Virus record (IMG/VR): IMGVR_UViG_3300009678_000088
Coordinates: 1-42,223 of that record
From: a virus
Taxonomy: Duplodnaviria; Caudoviricetes
Length of the DNA: 42,223 bases
Strand: one strand, 5' to 3'
How positions within the stretch are numbered: position 1 is the stretch's first letter; every line of letters begins with the position of its first letter. The position numbers were made by a program, and so were the translations under genes. The notes below the pieces were generated by a model. The model did no database searches. It worked only from the letters and a program-made list of their open reading frames with translations, and was not told the DNA's origin. This document shows positions 26,039-35,900 of the stretch, one piece after another.

Positions 26039-26668
26039 TTACTTGCCCTTCTTCTCTGTGTCCCCGACTAGCTTTGTCAGTAGTTTACGCTGGAACTCTC
26101 GGTCTTCCTTGCGGTCAGCGGTTTCCTGTTTGCGCTCGGCGTCTAGCTTTTCAGAGATTATAGTCTTGTTCTCCATCTGATGCCGCTTCTCCATGTGAAT
26201 GTCCCGGTCAAGTGTAGTCTTAAGATACTTCCCGCACCTAGAAAAACCGTACCTGTCCCAGCGCTCGCGCTCAGGGTCAGACGGGTGCAGTCGGCACGGG
26301 ACGTTAGCAACACTCTGCGGTCGGAAGCCGGGGTCTGTTAGCGTAAAGACACGTTCCCTTTCATGCGTACACTTCTTCATGTTGCACGCAATAACACATT
26401 TAGCCTTCTTCATCTGTGTTGGAAGATTATTCTTGTTCACCAACACCGGTTCCCCGGTCTTCCTATAGAAGACGTACACGTAGCCAGCGTCTGCCGGTTG
26501 GCCTAGCAAGGTTTCAGCGTCACCTACTACGACAGGGACTGGGGAATCAGCGTCCGAAAGGACGTCCCCCACTTTGACTTGACCTTCTGGCCTCTTCTGT
26601 CCTTCGCCGCTCATCATGTATTCGATAAGCTCCGCGGACTCTGATGCCATGATACTGTCGTTATCCAT
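26039..26668 (-). CDS. hypothetical protein with C2H2-like zinc finger and coiled-coil
   Basis: PCRLHP...RCGKYLKTTLDRDIHMEKRH followed by an E/K/R helix. Confidence 0.7.
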   Translation of the reverse strand: MDNDSIMASESAELIEYMMSGEGQKRPEGQVKVGDVLSDADSPVPVVVGDAETLLGQPADAGYVYVFYRKTGEPVLVNKNNLPTQMKKAKCVIACNMKKCTHERERVFTLTDPGFRPQSVANVPCRLHPSDPERERWDRYGFSRCGKYLKTTLDRDIHMEKRHQMENKTIISEKLDAERKQETADRKEDREFQRKLLTKLVGDTEKKGK

Positions 26669-27102
26669 TATTTACCTCCGTATATCGTTCGTCCCCGCGA
26701 AAGCCACTGTCGCTTCTCCTGTTCTTGATGTATACCGTCAAGGTACTCGTCACCAGTCTTGGGCTTCGGCAAATTCTGAAACCTTTCATTAGACTGAGCG
26801 CGCATCTCGTCGGCCATATCTAGAAGCTCTGCGACTGTGTGCTCCCACAGTGCGGGAATCCTAAACTGCATAGACTCGAAGGACTCTTTTGGCCCCATAT
26901 CTCGCCTGAATTCAGCTAGTCTATCTTCCCGATTAACATAGATTATTTGATAGCGGCGCCACCCTGCTCCCGGCTTCGGAGATACTAGATTAATCTCCAC
27001 GAGAGCCATCGCGTTCTCGTCAGGTTCGACGTAGGTTGTGCCTACGGTTACGTAAGACTTTTCTGCGGGGCTGCGCTCGTTGTCGTTCTCTGATGTAATC
27101 AT
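26668..27102 (-). CDS. hypothetical protein
   Basis: TAATG-coupled to the next gene. Confidence 0.65.
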   Translation of the reverse strand: MITSENDNERSPAEKSYVTVGTTYVEPDENAMALVEINLVSPKPGAGWRRYQIIYVNREDRLAEFRRDMGPKESFESMQFRIPALWEHTVAELLDMADEMRAQSNERFQNLPKPKTGDEYLDGIHQEQEKRQWLSRGRTIYGGK

Positions 27103-27208
27103 TGATTGTTGCTCTCGCTAATACTAGGCTACGCTCGTTCTCTTCTATGCCTAGTTCGTATAGCTTTTGTAGCTCCTGTTCTAGTGTATCTACAGATTCC
27201 TGTAGCAT
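27020..27208 (-). CDS. hypothetical protein (62 aa)
   Basis: ATG 3 nt after the upstream stop; overlaps the next gene by 83 nt. Confidence 0.4.
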   Translation of the reverse strand: MLQESVDTLEQELQKLYELGIEENERSLVLARATINDYIRERQRAQPRRKVLRNRRHNLRRT

Positions 27209-27211
27209 TGG

Positions 27212-27370
27212 CTATTGGCTACGTCGCCCCATTACCTTGCGGCGTTTCGGCGCCTGACTTCGGCTTGAGGCTGCGGTTCTTGGCCCCCGCGACATACTAG
27301 ATGCAACAGGCTTACGCTTTCGCGCAGCAGCAATAGCAGCCAGTTTAGTTCTTGGTTTACTCAGTGCCAT
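27212..27370 (-). CDS. 52-aa protamine-like basic protein (not in the ORF track)
   Basis: TAAGGAG SD; MALSKPRTKLAAIAAARKRKPVASSMSRGPRTAASSRSQAPKRRKVMGRRSQ: 16 K/R, no D/E. Confidence 0.7.
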   Translation of the reverse strand: MALSKPRTKLAAIAAARKRKPVASSMSRGPRTAASSRSQAPKRRKVMGRRSQ

Positions 27371-27385
27371 TAGTTTCTCCTTAGT

Positions 27386-27417
27386 AAAAATGGGGGTTGA
27401 TTAGTGGCTCAACCCCC
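27386..27417 (-). terminator. Rho-independent terminator after the capsid genes
   Basis: On the - strand GGGGGTTGA-N8-TCAACCCCC then ATTTTT. Confidence 0.8.
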
Positions 27418-27430
27418 GAAAGCCTATTCG

Positions 27431-28099
27431 CTATGCCCTACCGGCGCAGAGGTAGAGGTAGTCGATGTCAACCGATGCGGCTGTACCGTTAGCAAGTTGT
27501 GCCACGGCCGGGGCCAGCAAGACGGATGCGGTTACTGCATTCTCCCTCGTACCGACGAAGTTACCGTCGATGAAGAAGTCTGCATCCCCGTCCGAGTTCA
27601 GGACGATACGGAACGTCTGGAAGGTGTCCAGCCTAGGAGCGAAAGCAGCGTTAACGCTGGTCTGTGCTCCGTCTGCATCACCCTTGACGGATACCATATC
27701 CCACAGGTCAGAGCCAGCGGAGTCGTAAACGAATCCCACTGCATCCGAGGCCGTAGTGGTAAGAGTACCACCGTCGTCGTTAATCGGAACCTCGTCAGCG
27801 TCGTTGTCATCGGTAAGCCCGATGTAAACGCCCTGTGCCAGCGAGGTCTGGAGGGCAACACGAGTCTCAAAGATAAGGAATCCCTGAGTGCTAACCTTCC
27901 AGTTTTCGGCGCCGAAGAGGTTCTGAATGTCCCCGTCGGTTCCGTCTGTAGTCATACGCACAACGCCATTGGCGGCTTCGGAAACAGCGGCTGCTGTACC
28001 ACCGGTGTCGGTGTTGACAATGTAAAGGTCTAGGTTGATAGTGTCTCCGAGGAAATCATCGAAGAACTTTACCTTCCCAAAACCAGTATCTGTAGCCAT
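27431..28099 (-). CDS. capsid-associated (decoration/minor capsid) protein, ConA-like
   Basis: FFDDFLGD...FFIDG...IDY pattern; directly after the capsid gene, before a terminator; high-expression codon usage. Confidence 0.65.
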   Translation of the reverse strand: MATDTGFGKVKFFDDFLGDTINLDLYIVNTDTGGTAAAVSEAANGVVRMTTDGTDGDIQNLFGAENWKVSTQGFLIFETRVALQTSLAQGVYIGLTDDNDADEVPINDDGGTLTTTASDAVGFVYDSAGSDLWDMVSVKGDADGAQTSVNAAFAPRLDTFQTFRIVLNSDGDADFFIDGNFVGTRENAVTASVLLAPAVAQLANGTAASVDIDYLYLCAGRA

Positions 28100-28134
28100 T
28101 TATCTATCCTTTCCTACTATAACTATAGTTCGGA

Positions 28135-29037
28135 TTATGTGGTTGGTTCGGTTGCGTCTGAGGTCACGTCCACAATCCACGCGCCAGCAGAACGTTCGCC
28201 ATAAGCGTACTCATCGTAGATGATGAGTTCGTCAGCGCCACCACCGAGCTTCTCGTTACGCAATGTAACTACTCGCGGTGAGCGGCCCTGAACGAGGACA
28301 ACACCTTCTTGCGCGAAGACACCACCATGAGCATCCAAGTCGGAGTCAATGCTGATGTTGTTGTTCTCGAAGATTTCCACGCCGTTAATCTTCCCCATAA
28401 AGCCTTCCTGATACACACGGGCTTGGAAGTCACCGAGCGTAACAGCGAAGGGGGAGGTCGTCCATGCGGCTGTCGGGCCGTAGTTGATAATCTCCGAGTA
28501 GATGTCCTTAATCTGGTAAGCGTGGAGGACGGCACGTACGGGCGAACTCGTGGGTTCGATACCGTGACCGTAGCGGACACGGGCACCTGCGGCTCCGATA
28601 TGTCCAGCCGTAAGGGCTGCGTTTCCACCGGCTACGGTTTCGGAAGCAGCGTCGAGAATGGCAAGGCCGTCCTCGTCTTTCTTCCGCTCAATAGCGTTCT
28701 GTGCAAGCGAGCCTACCTTAGCCAGCGCGTTCTTAGAGATTCGCGCCTTCACCCTGTCGGTGATAACCGTGTGGATAGCCGACACGGAAGGCGTGACAGT
28801 AAACATACTGTCGCTCAACTGCTGCGGGTTATCGAGATATGTAGTCTCGGTAATATCCTGACCGTTAAGCTGTGCGAAGGAGACTTCACGCCACGAGAGA
28901 CCGGTTCCCTCACCGAGGGTAATGTTCTCCGCTAGGCGCTGCATGTTCCCTTCGTACTCACGAACGATACGGGCGCTGGCGACGATAGAGGGTAGAGAAT
29001 CTTGAAGTTCAAGAGTCGTAGTGTCACCACTAGCCAT
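28135..29037 (-). CDS. major capsid protein (HK97 fold)
   Basis: 300 aa, follows the scaffold; AIERKKDED, AVLHAYQ, GKINGVEIFENNNI patterns. Confidence 0.85.
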   Translation of the reverse strand: MASGDTTTLELQDSLPSIVASARIVREYEGNMQRLAENITLGEGTGLSWREVSFAQLNGQDITETTYLDNPQQLSDSMFTVTPSVSAIHTVITDRVKARISKNALAKVGSLAQNAIERKKDEDGLAILDAASETVAGGNAALTAGHIGAAGARVRYGHGIEPTSSPVRAVLHAYQIKDIYSEIINYGPTAAWTTSPFAVTLGDFQARVYQEGFMGKINGVEIFENNNISIDSDLDAHGGVFAQEGVVLVQGRSPRVVTLRNEKLGGGADELIIYDEYAYGERSAGAWIVDVTSDATEPTT

Positions 29038-29050
29038 TTCTTATTTTCTC

Positions 29051-29815
29051 CTATTTCCTAGGGATTTTAACCCCAAGGTCAATGCCTTGTTTTCTTAGGA
29101 TTTCGAGCACTGTTGCCATAGGCACGTCCTCGCCGCGGTTGAACGCATCCAACAGTTGTGTGTCCGAAGTACCAGCGGTATTACTACCAGCCTGCCTCGA
29201 TACACCTTCCGAAGGAGCATCACCTTCCGCGACTGCGGCCGAGCGTTTAGCCAAACCATGCTCTGCAAGTACGGACTCTAGTTCCTTTCGGCTATCCTCC
29301 CGAATCTTCTCAGAGAGAGACGAGACACTATGCTCTACCTTGGCGTTAGTGAGGGCGGTCATTAGGTCGAATACCGAACCACCCTTTCCTTTGACGTCAG
29401 CGTAAAGCTCCTGCACTTTGTCTTCTCCAATCACCCGGAACTCCGGGTTTTCTAGAAGGAAAGTCTCCACTTGTCCTGAGACTTGCTCCACAGCACCTTT
29501 ATAGGTTTCCTCTACCGCCATTGTATTGGCGACTTTCTCCCCAAGCGCGGTAAAATTGCCTTCGCTTCTCAGCGCCTGCAACTCTGCCTGCTCGGCCTGC
29601 CGCTTCAAGTCCTCAGCCCTAGTAACCGCTTCACGCTGCATACGCTTTTCAATCGTATTGACACGCTTGTCAGCCTCTGACTGAATCATCCGTTGAATTT
29701 CGGCACGGACGGATTCATTAGCGAGGATTTCCTCGATGTTGGGTTGTGCCTGCTGTTCCCCGCCAGCGGGCGGTGCGGTAGCTGCGTTGTCCTGCGGCTG
29801 ACTTTCATCAGTCAT
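29051..29815 (-). CDS. capsid scaffolding protein
   Basis: Acidic, helical, low-complexity N-terminus; directly upstream of the capsid gene; AAAGGAG SD. Confidence 0.75.
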   Translation of the reverse strand: MTDESQPQDNAATAPPAGGEQQAQPNIEEILANESVRAEIQRMIQSEADKRVNTIEKRMQREAVTRAEDLKRQAEQAELQALRSEGNFTALGEKVANTMAVEETYKGAVEQVSGQVETFLLENPEFRVIGEDKVQELYADVKGKGGSVFDLMTALTNAKVEHSVSSLSEKIREDSRKELESVLAEHGLAKRSAAVAEGDAPSEGVSRQAGSNTAGTSDTQLLDAFNRGEDVPMATVLEILRKQGIDLGVKIPRK

Positions 29816-29834
29816 GCTGAACTCCTTTCACGCG

Positions 29835-29866
29835 AAAAAGCACGTAACCAATGAAGGTTCGTGCTC
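29835..29866 (-). terminator. terminator-like hairpin in the leader of the scaffold/capsid operon
   Basis: - strand AGCACG-AACC-TTCATT-GGTT-A-CGTGCT then TTTT, between the promoter and the scaffold SD. Confidence 0.55.
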
Positions 29867-29962
29867 TCTCTTTGCTATAGATATAACCGTAGTTTTATCT
29901 TCTATGTTTATTATACCATACGGCGAACGGTTTGTCAAGGGGTAATTCACAATATTTTGTAA
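29862..29962 (-). promoter_or_regulatory. late promoter cassette, copy A
   Basis: - strand TTGACA(29938-29933)-17 bp-TATAAT(29915-29910); TTGTCAA-N7-TTCACAA palindrome; near-duplicate of 41781-41881. Confidence 0.85.
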
Positions 29963-32900
29963 TTATTCCCCAAACAAGGACGTTAGCGCTGTATAAATAT
30001 CATCTTCTTCCGTCTCCTCTTCCTCTTTTGTAGGGCCGGGAGGCGTCTTATCGGGATTCTGCTCAATCCATTCTAGCTGAGCAGCCATGTCCATCTTATC
30101 CCACATGGACTTGTACATGAATGCAATGTCGGGGTTAGCCAGTACCTTAGCTTCAATGTCATCCTTATGGTCTTCGAGCATCTGGTCGCGCTCGCTGTTC
30201 CACACTAGCTTATCTAAGCCCGCAGTAGCGCGGAAGAATGCCACTACGCCGACGTTTTGGGTAACGGCGCCGGAAGCCATGAGCATGGCGATTACCTCGT
30301 TCTTAGCAATAGACTCACCACTCAGCCGTACCAGCGCGGAGATAACACCCGCTGTGTCTACTATCTGGTCTACTTGTTCAACCTCTTCGACTGATGTTAG
30401 ACCGACATATTTCGGCGTTGCTTCCATCTTCGCAGCTACCTCTTCGCTGCTCTTAGTAATCACATTGCGCGATTCTTTAGCAGTACGATAGCGGTCGTCG
30501 AAGTCGTTAATCTCCTGCGAGATAAAGCGGTCTCGTTCCTTTACAGCGTCGATGTCCTCTGCGGTAATGTCGCCACGAGCCAGACCCGCAGAGAGTATTG
30601 CCTCTCGTGCCTTCTCGTAGCGTTCAATGTCCGGCTCTCCGCCCACGATGTAGTCAAGTGGGTCGAGTGTCCAGTATTCGTTCATCACTGCACCTGCGGG
30701 AGTCTTGGCGTCTCCGAACTCGGTGTCCTGATAGAACTCGTGCTTTGCACCATTGGCCTGCTTAAGGTAGTCAGCGCGCCATCGGCCGTACTGTGAAGCC
30801 GCAGCGGAGTCTCCGCCTGCTGCTTTCTGTACAACTTCGAGTAGTCCTGATTCTTCCTCTAGCTCGGCCAGAGTGTTATCCAGTTTGGCTTTCTTAACCT
30901 CATAGTCCGTTGGCTGCATAAGGTCACCGGCCTGTCGGTTAGCACCTACGGTTAGCAGTACGTTACCAAATCCGGGTATGTCTGATAGAGCACTTAGAAG
31001 TGTTTCGTCTCCGCTCTCACGGATAGCTTGCAGCGTCTCGTCCTCTTTCATAACTCGGCGGTCGGCTGGAGATTCAGGATTGTATGGGCGATTGTACTTA
31101 ATCTCGAACATCGCTTCGGCTTTCTCAACCGGAGTCCCCGCTGAGGTACGCATGCCGAGTAGTCCGGCGAGGATAGTCTCCGTGCGTTCGCCTTCGAGTG
31201 CCCCTTGCACTGCGAAAGGCAGGGCCGAGGTTCCAATGTGGTCGATGTAGTCAGAGGGAGAACTAATCTCCGTGTAGGGGAGGAAGTCTTCTCCCGTAAT
31301 TCCTTCGAGTCCACCACCTACGACGGACATACCCGTAGCGCCACGAGAGGCGTAGAACTGTAGGAGTGGGTTATCATAGAGAGAAGCATCACCGAACTTA
31401 GAGTAGTCGGCGAGTCCCTTGCCCTCTACTAGTCCAGTCTCTGAGAGAGCAGGTTGGGCAATAGCGCCCATCAGTTGCGCGATAGAGCGCACCTGCCCCC
31501 CCACACCAATCCAGTCCCCGTTCACGTTGTAAGACATGAAACGTTTACCGTTTAGCGGATTAAGTCCCTGTTCAATCTCCTCCCAGTCACGGCCATCCGC
31601 AAGACCAGCCGCGATGTATATTCCCGCAGCGCCTGCGGCAAGTGTACCCAGCGAGCGGAATGCCCTGCGGCCTGACTTGGTTTGTAGCTGTGTGGCGCGG
31701 AATGTAAGTCCGATTGTTGACCGGAGCAGCTTCGGGGAGAACGCTAGGAAGACTGACTCTAGTCCGCGCTGCGTCCCCTTAATGCCCAACTCCGCAGAGT
31801 CAAGGCCACCCGTTAGGTTCTTAATATAGCCTGCAAGCTCGGACTTGTTCGGGTACTGTTCCTTAAGAGCTTCCCATATCAGTGCACGAGAGTAGCCGAG
31901 GTAGACATTGTACTGCGACTGGAAGCGGCCCACGGTCTGTCGTCCTACCTCTTGGCCTACTCGCCTCGTGGTTCCTCCTGCGACTTGCTCGATGCGGTCA
32001 CCGAAGAACTTAGGAATACGACCGGCTTCAATCTCTGTGAAGAACTCCGAGTCGCCAATCGGGATACCATATCGTGCCATTTCCTTATAGGTTGGCAAGT
32101 GGTCTCGGATAAGGCGGGCACGAACCTTCGGGTCAGCGAATGCGGCGAAAGAGTTAGCAGCAGCGCGGCCCCATGCAACGGGGTTGTCTGCCAGCGTCGG
32201 AAGTCCGTGAATGAACATGACACCGAAGTCAGCGAATGAGGACAGGAAACGAGTCATGTTACCAACCTCCTCGACAACCTGAGCGCCCTTCCACACTGAT
32301 TCCTCTGGAATTCCTAGTGTTCCTTCCATCGCGCGCAGTTCATCCGCAACCTCCTGTGGGAAGTAGCGGTTCTGCCACGACTTGAACACCATTGTCTCGC
32401 CGTCGGCCTCGTAGATAATCTGTGGCTGCTTGGCCTTCTTCAACTGTGCTGAGTAGTCCTGAGCAACAGCCTTTAGTTCTGTACGTGCGGCGTCTAGTTC
32501 ATCCGCTGCTGCTAGCCTGTTAGACCTCCACTTCTCCCGAAGCTTCATCTCCACGCGCGGTTCACCAGCACGAGGTACTGACCAGCGAGCTAGGTTCTCC
32601 CGCGCCTTGCGGTAGACGTCCTTAGCATCTTCCAGCCGGTCGAGCATGCCGGGGTTTTTCATCTCTACAATCTGCCGGGGCTTAATAGCGTACTCGGCCA
32701 GAGCATCGGAGTATTGTTTCTGTGCTACTTCATAGTAGTTACTGGCTAGGTTAGAGCGCAGTACCTCTCGCATGTTAGTGCTGTAGTCAATACCGTGTTC
32801 ACGTCCTGCAAGCTGTGACTCATATGAACGAGCGAGGTTGGGGTTAGAGGGACGGGCCGGTGTAATACCGTGGACATTAGTAGCCTGCCGCGGTACATAG

Positions 32901-35900
32901 TATAGAGCCTCGTCGCCCTCGCCTAGCCACTGTCCTGTAAGTGAACGAACTGGAAGTCCCGCCTCACCACGAAGTTCTTCTGCTTCACCCATTAGTGAAT
33001 GAACAGCACGAACATAGTCTTCTTGTTTCTTGTTAAGTTTGTACATTCCCGGCTGTGAGAGAATGTCTCCCAACTCCATGGAGGCGCCGGGGTTTAAGGA
33101 ACGAACATTCTTGACACGGCCATCTACCACCCGCCATAGGGGGTTACGGCCTGTGAATGCCTGTGTAAAGCCATCGAGCTTTGCGGTAAGAGCGACGTCC
33201 ACCATATTATCAATACGGGAAATACGCTGCTGGTGTGCCGCTTTCAACTGCGCCGGACGACCAGCGGTAAGGAAGTTCGAGTTGACTAGGCCAAAGCCTA
33301 CGTCATGGAGAAGTGTCCGCATTCCGCGGCCCTTCACCTGTTTCACTTCGTCAGCCATTTCGTCTAGGTCTACGAAGCGAGCAAGGGCACCGTCTTCCGG
33401 CTGTCGTACCGCAGCTACATCGTCTATAGTCTGTGGCGGTGTGTCCTCTACCATTATAAAGTTAGGCCCATGCCCCGAAGGGAACTGCCTAGTCGGAGTC
33501 TGGTCGTAGGGAACGATGGCGCGGTTAGAGGAAACGGGAGAACGTGTAAGTGGAATCGTAGAGTTCTTGACTAACAGTTTGTTAGTCTTTTCCCGTAGCT
33601 TCCGCTGTACCATCTCGCTGGCCTTCTGGTCGTCTAGCCTGCCCGCAGCTTCTTCTATTCGGTTAACAAGTGTTCCCTTACCCCACGAGGGGGAGACTTC
33701 AACGCCTAGCTCTGCGGCTATTTCCCGCAGTTCCTGCGCTGAGTAGCGGTCGGCGCCAAGAGAAACAGACTCCTGCACTGGCCGCTCGTAGTCCTCAATC
33801 TCCTGTCTAAGCAGGGCCGTGGACTTACGAGTCTTCTCGCGTGTCTTAACGGCAGAAGAGATACTCTTGTTGTAGTCTTCCACCGATTCGATGAAGTCGT
33901 CTAGGCCAGACTTGAATTCGTCTAGTTCGGACTGTCTTTCTTCCAGCTTAGCAAATGCGCTGTCGGATTCCGTCTCGTCCATCTTCTCTGCGATGTTGTC
34001 GAGTTCATCATCTACTCTGTCGTTTAGTGCCTTAGCCTCTTCGATGTTCTTAGGCTGCTTTATACTAGCACCGCCGACTTTTCGGTTCGGGATTTCGGGG
34101 AATTGGTGCTTCTCTAGCGTGTCCTCGTCAAAGGCCTTGATAGGCTTTCCAGCCTCTTCGGCCTCTAGCTTTGCCAGCTTCCGCTCGGCCTTGGTCAGTA
34201 GCTCACGGTCAGGTGACGTGCGAGCAATTGGAGGCGGGGCTTTCCTAGGACTTGTCTGTACGTGTGCCAGCATCGAAGCTGTGCGGTCGGAGAGTCCGTT
34301 CTTGCGGTGCCGGTTCTTGATACTAAGGTAGTTCAGTACGTCGTCCTTAGTAGTCTTCTTGCCTGTCCGCATGCCCTCGCTGGCGGCTGTAGCCTTTAGC
34401 ACATTGAAGTCAACCTGCTCACCCTTCTCTAGGGAGCGCATGACTCGCTGTGTGTCCTTGCTGAGACGGCCGCTAATGTTACGGGAACCGCCACGTTCTG
34501 TATTCTTAAACTGCCACTTATGTCGAGCGGAGAGAAGCTGGTCAAGCTCATCGTCGTTCACATTTAGCCGCAGCTTAGTCCATACCTTCTTGCCCTTGGG
34601 GTCACCGCCCTTGCGGTAGGCCGTCAGGAATTCCTGATACCTAGCTTGTGCCAGTTGCTCTGCCTTGTAAGCAGGAACTTCAACCGGGTGAGCGACATAA
34701 TCATCAAACTTTAGCCCTTCCGGTACGGCCATATTAGCTAATTCGGGCTTTTTAGTTATGTCACGAACATGCTCTAGCTCGTGCATAATCGTACCTACAT
34801 AGTTATGTACGCTACGGAAGTCGTCCGTTGCAATGAAGACCGTTCCCGGTGCGGCAGGCTCAAGGCTTGGGTCATTAAACTTTGACTCTTTTGTAAAGGT
34901 AACACCCTTGTTACCAAGAAGTCGCGGGTCGTTAGCATCTACTAGTTCAACCTTTGTAGCGCGCTTAAGGAAGTTGGGATACTTACTCTCGACGAATGCA
35001 AGCGCGGCGTCGAACTTATCTTCGGCCATTGCATTAGCATCAAGCCCACGGTCAAGGCGGCGAGCAAGGTCTGAACGTTCTTCGGTTGTGATAATCTCTA
35101 GGGCATCACGACCAGTGTGTCTTTCAGCCGACAGTAGAATCTCGTCCACTAGCTGCGGAGAGATGTCAGCATACTTAGTGCGGAGAGTCTCATAGGACTC
35201 GTCGCCCTGTACTAGGTCTTTAATAATGCGTCGCCACTGCTGCAACTCCTGCGGATTCATATCCACCTGTGTTGCCTTAGCTCCATTGGCTAGGTCAGTT
35301 ACCACGTTGGAGAACGCCTGCCGGAAGTGGGGGCTAGCACGGATTACATCAGGGACGGAGGTAATCGCTCGCGGCCCATACTTTCCGATGTTACCAACGG
35401 AGCGCAGGAAACCACGCACCATCGTAGGTTCCATGCCTGTACCGATAAGCTCGGACGTGAAACGTGCAGCAATGGCGGCTTTAGAAGCGCCCTTAGCGGC
35501 TACACTTCCGGCGCCCATAAAGGCGAACGGCAAGGCGATGGTAAGGTCAACCGGGTTAAGAAGCTCAGTCGCAATGTCCTCGGCCACCTCTGACGTGATA
35601 GTATTGTATATGTCGTCGGAGACTAGGCCACGGGTATCAGCACCGGTCAATGCCAGTGTCTGCTCCGCCGCATATGGAACAGCGGCTGCTGTGGCGGCGA
35701 GAGAGGGGAGAATGACTTGACTTACTACCTTGCGGGTAACAGGTTCGTAAATCTGCCGCGTCTCTTCATGTCGGCGTAGTCCATCTGCGACTGTCGTAAT
35801 ACCAATGGGGGACTTACCCTCATACTCTAGTGTCGGGATGATGGGTAATCCGCCGATTAGCTTAGCAGCGGGTGCCAGTGATTCAATAGTGGAAAGGCCC

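Noticed and set aside
27404-28935. Long + strand ORFs (209 and 208 aa) opposite the capsid genes
   Set aside because: Antisense shadows of strongly codon-biased genes; no SD or recognisable motifs
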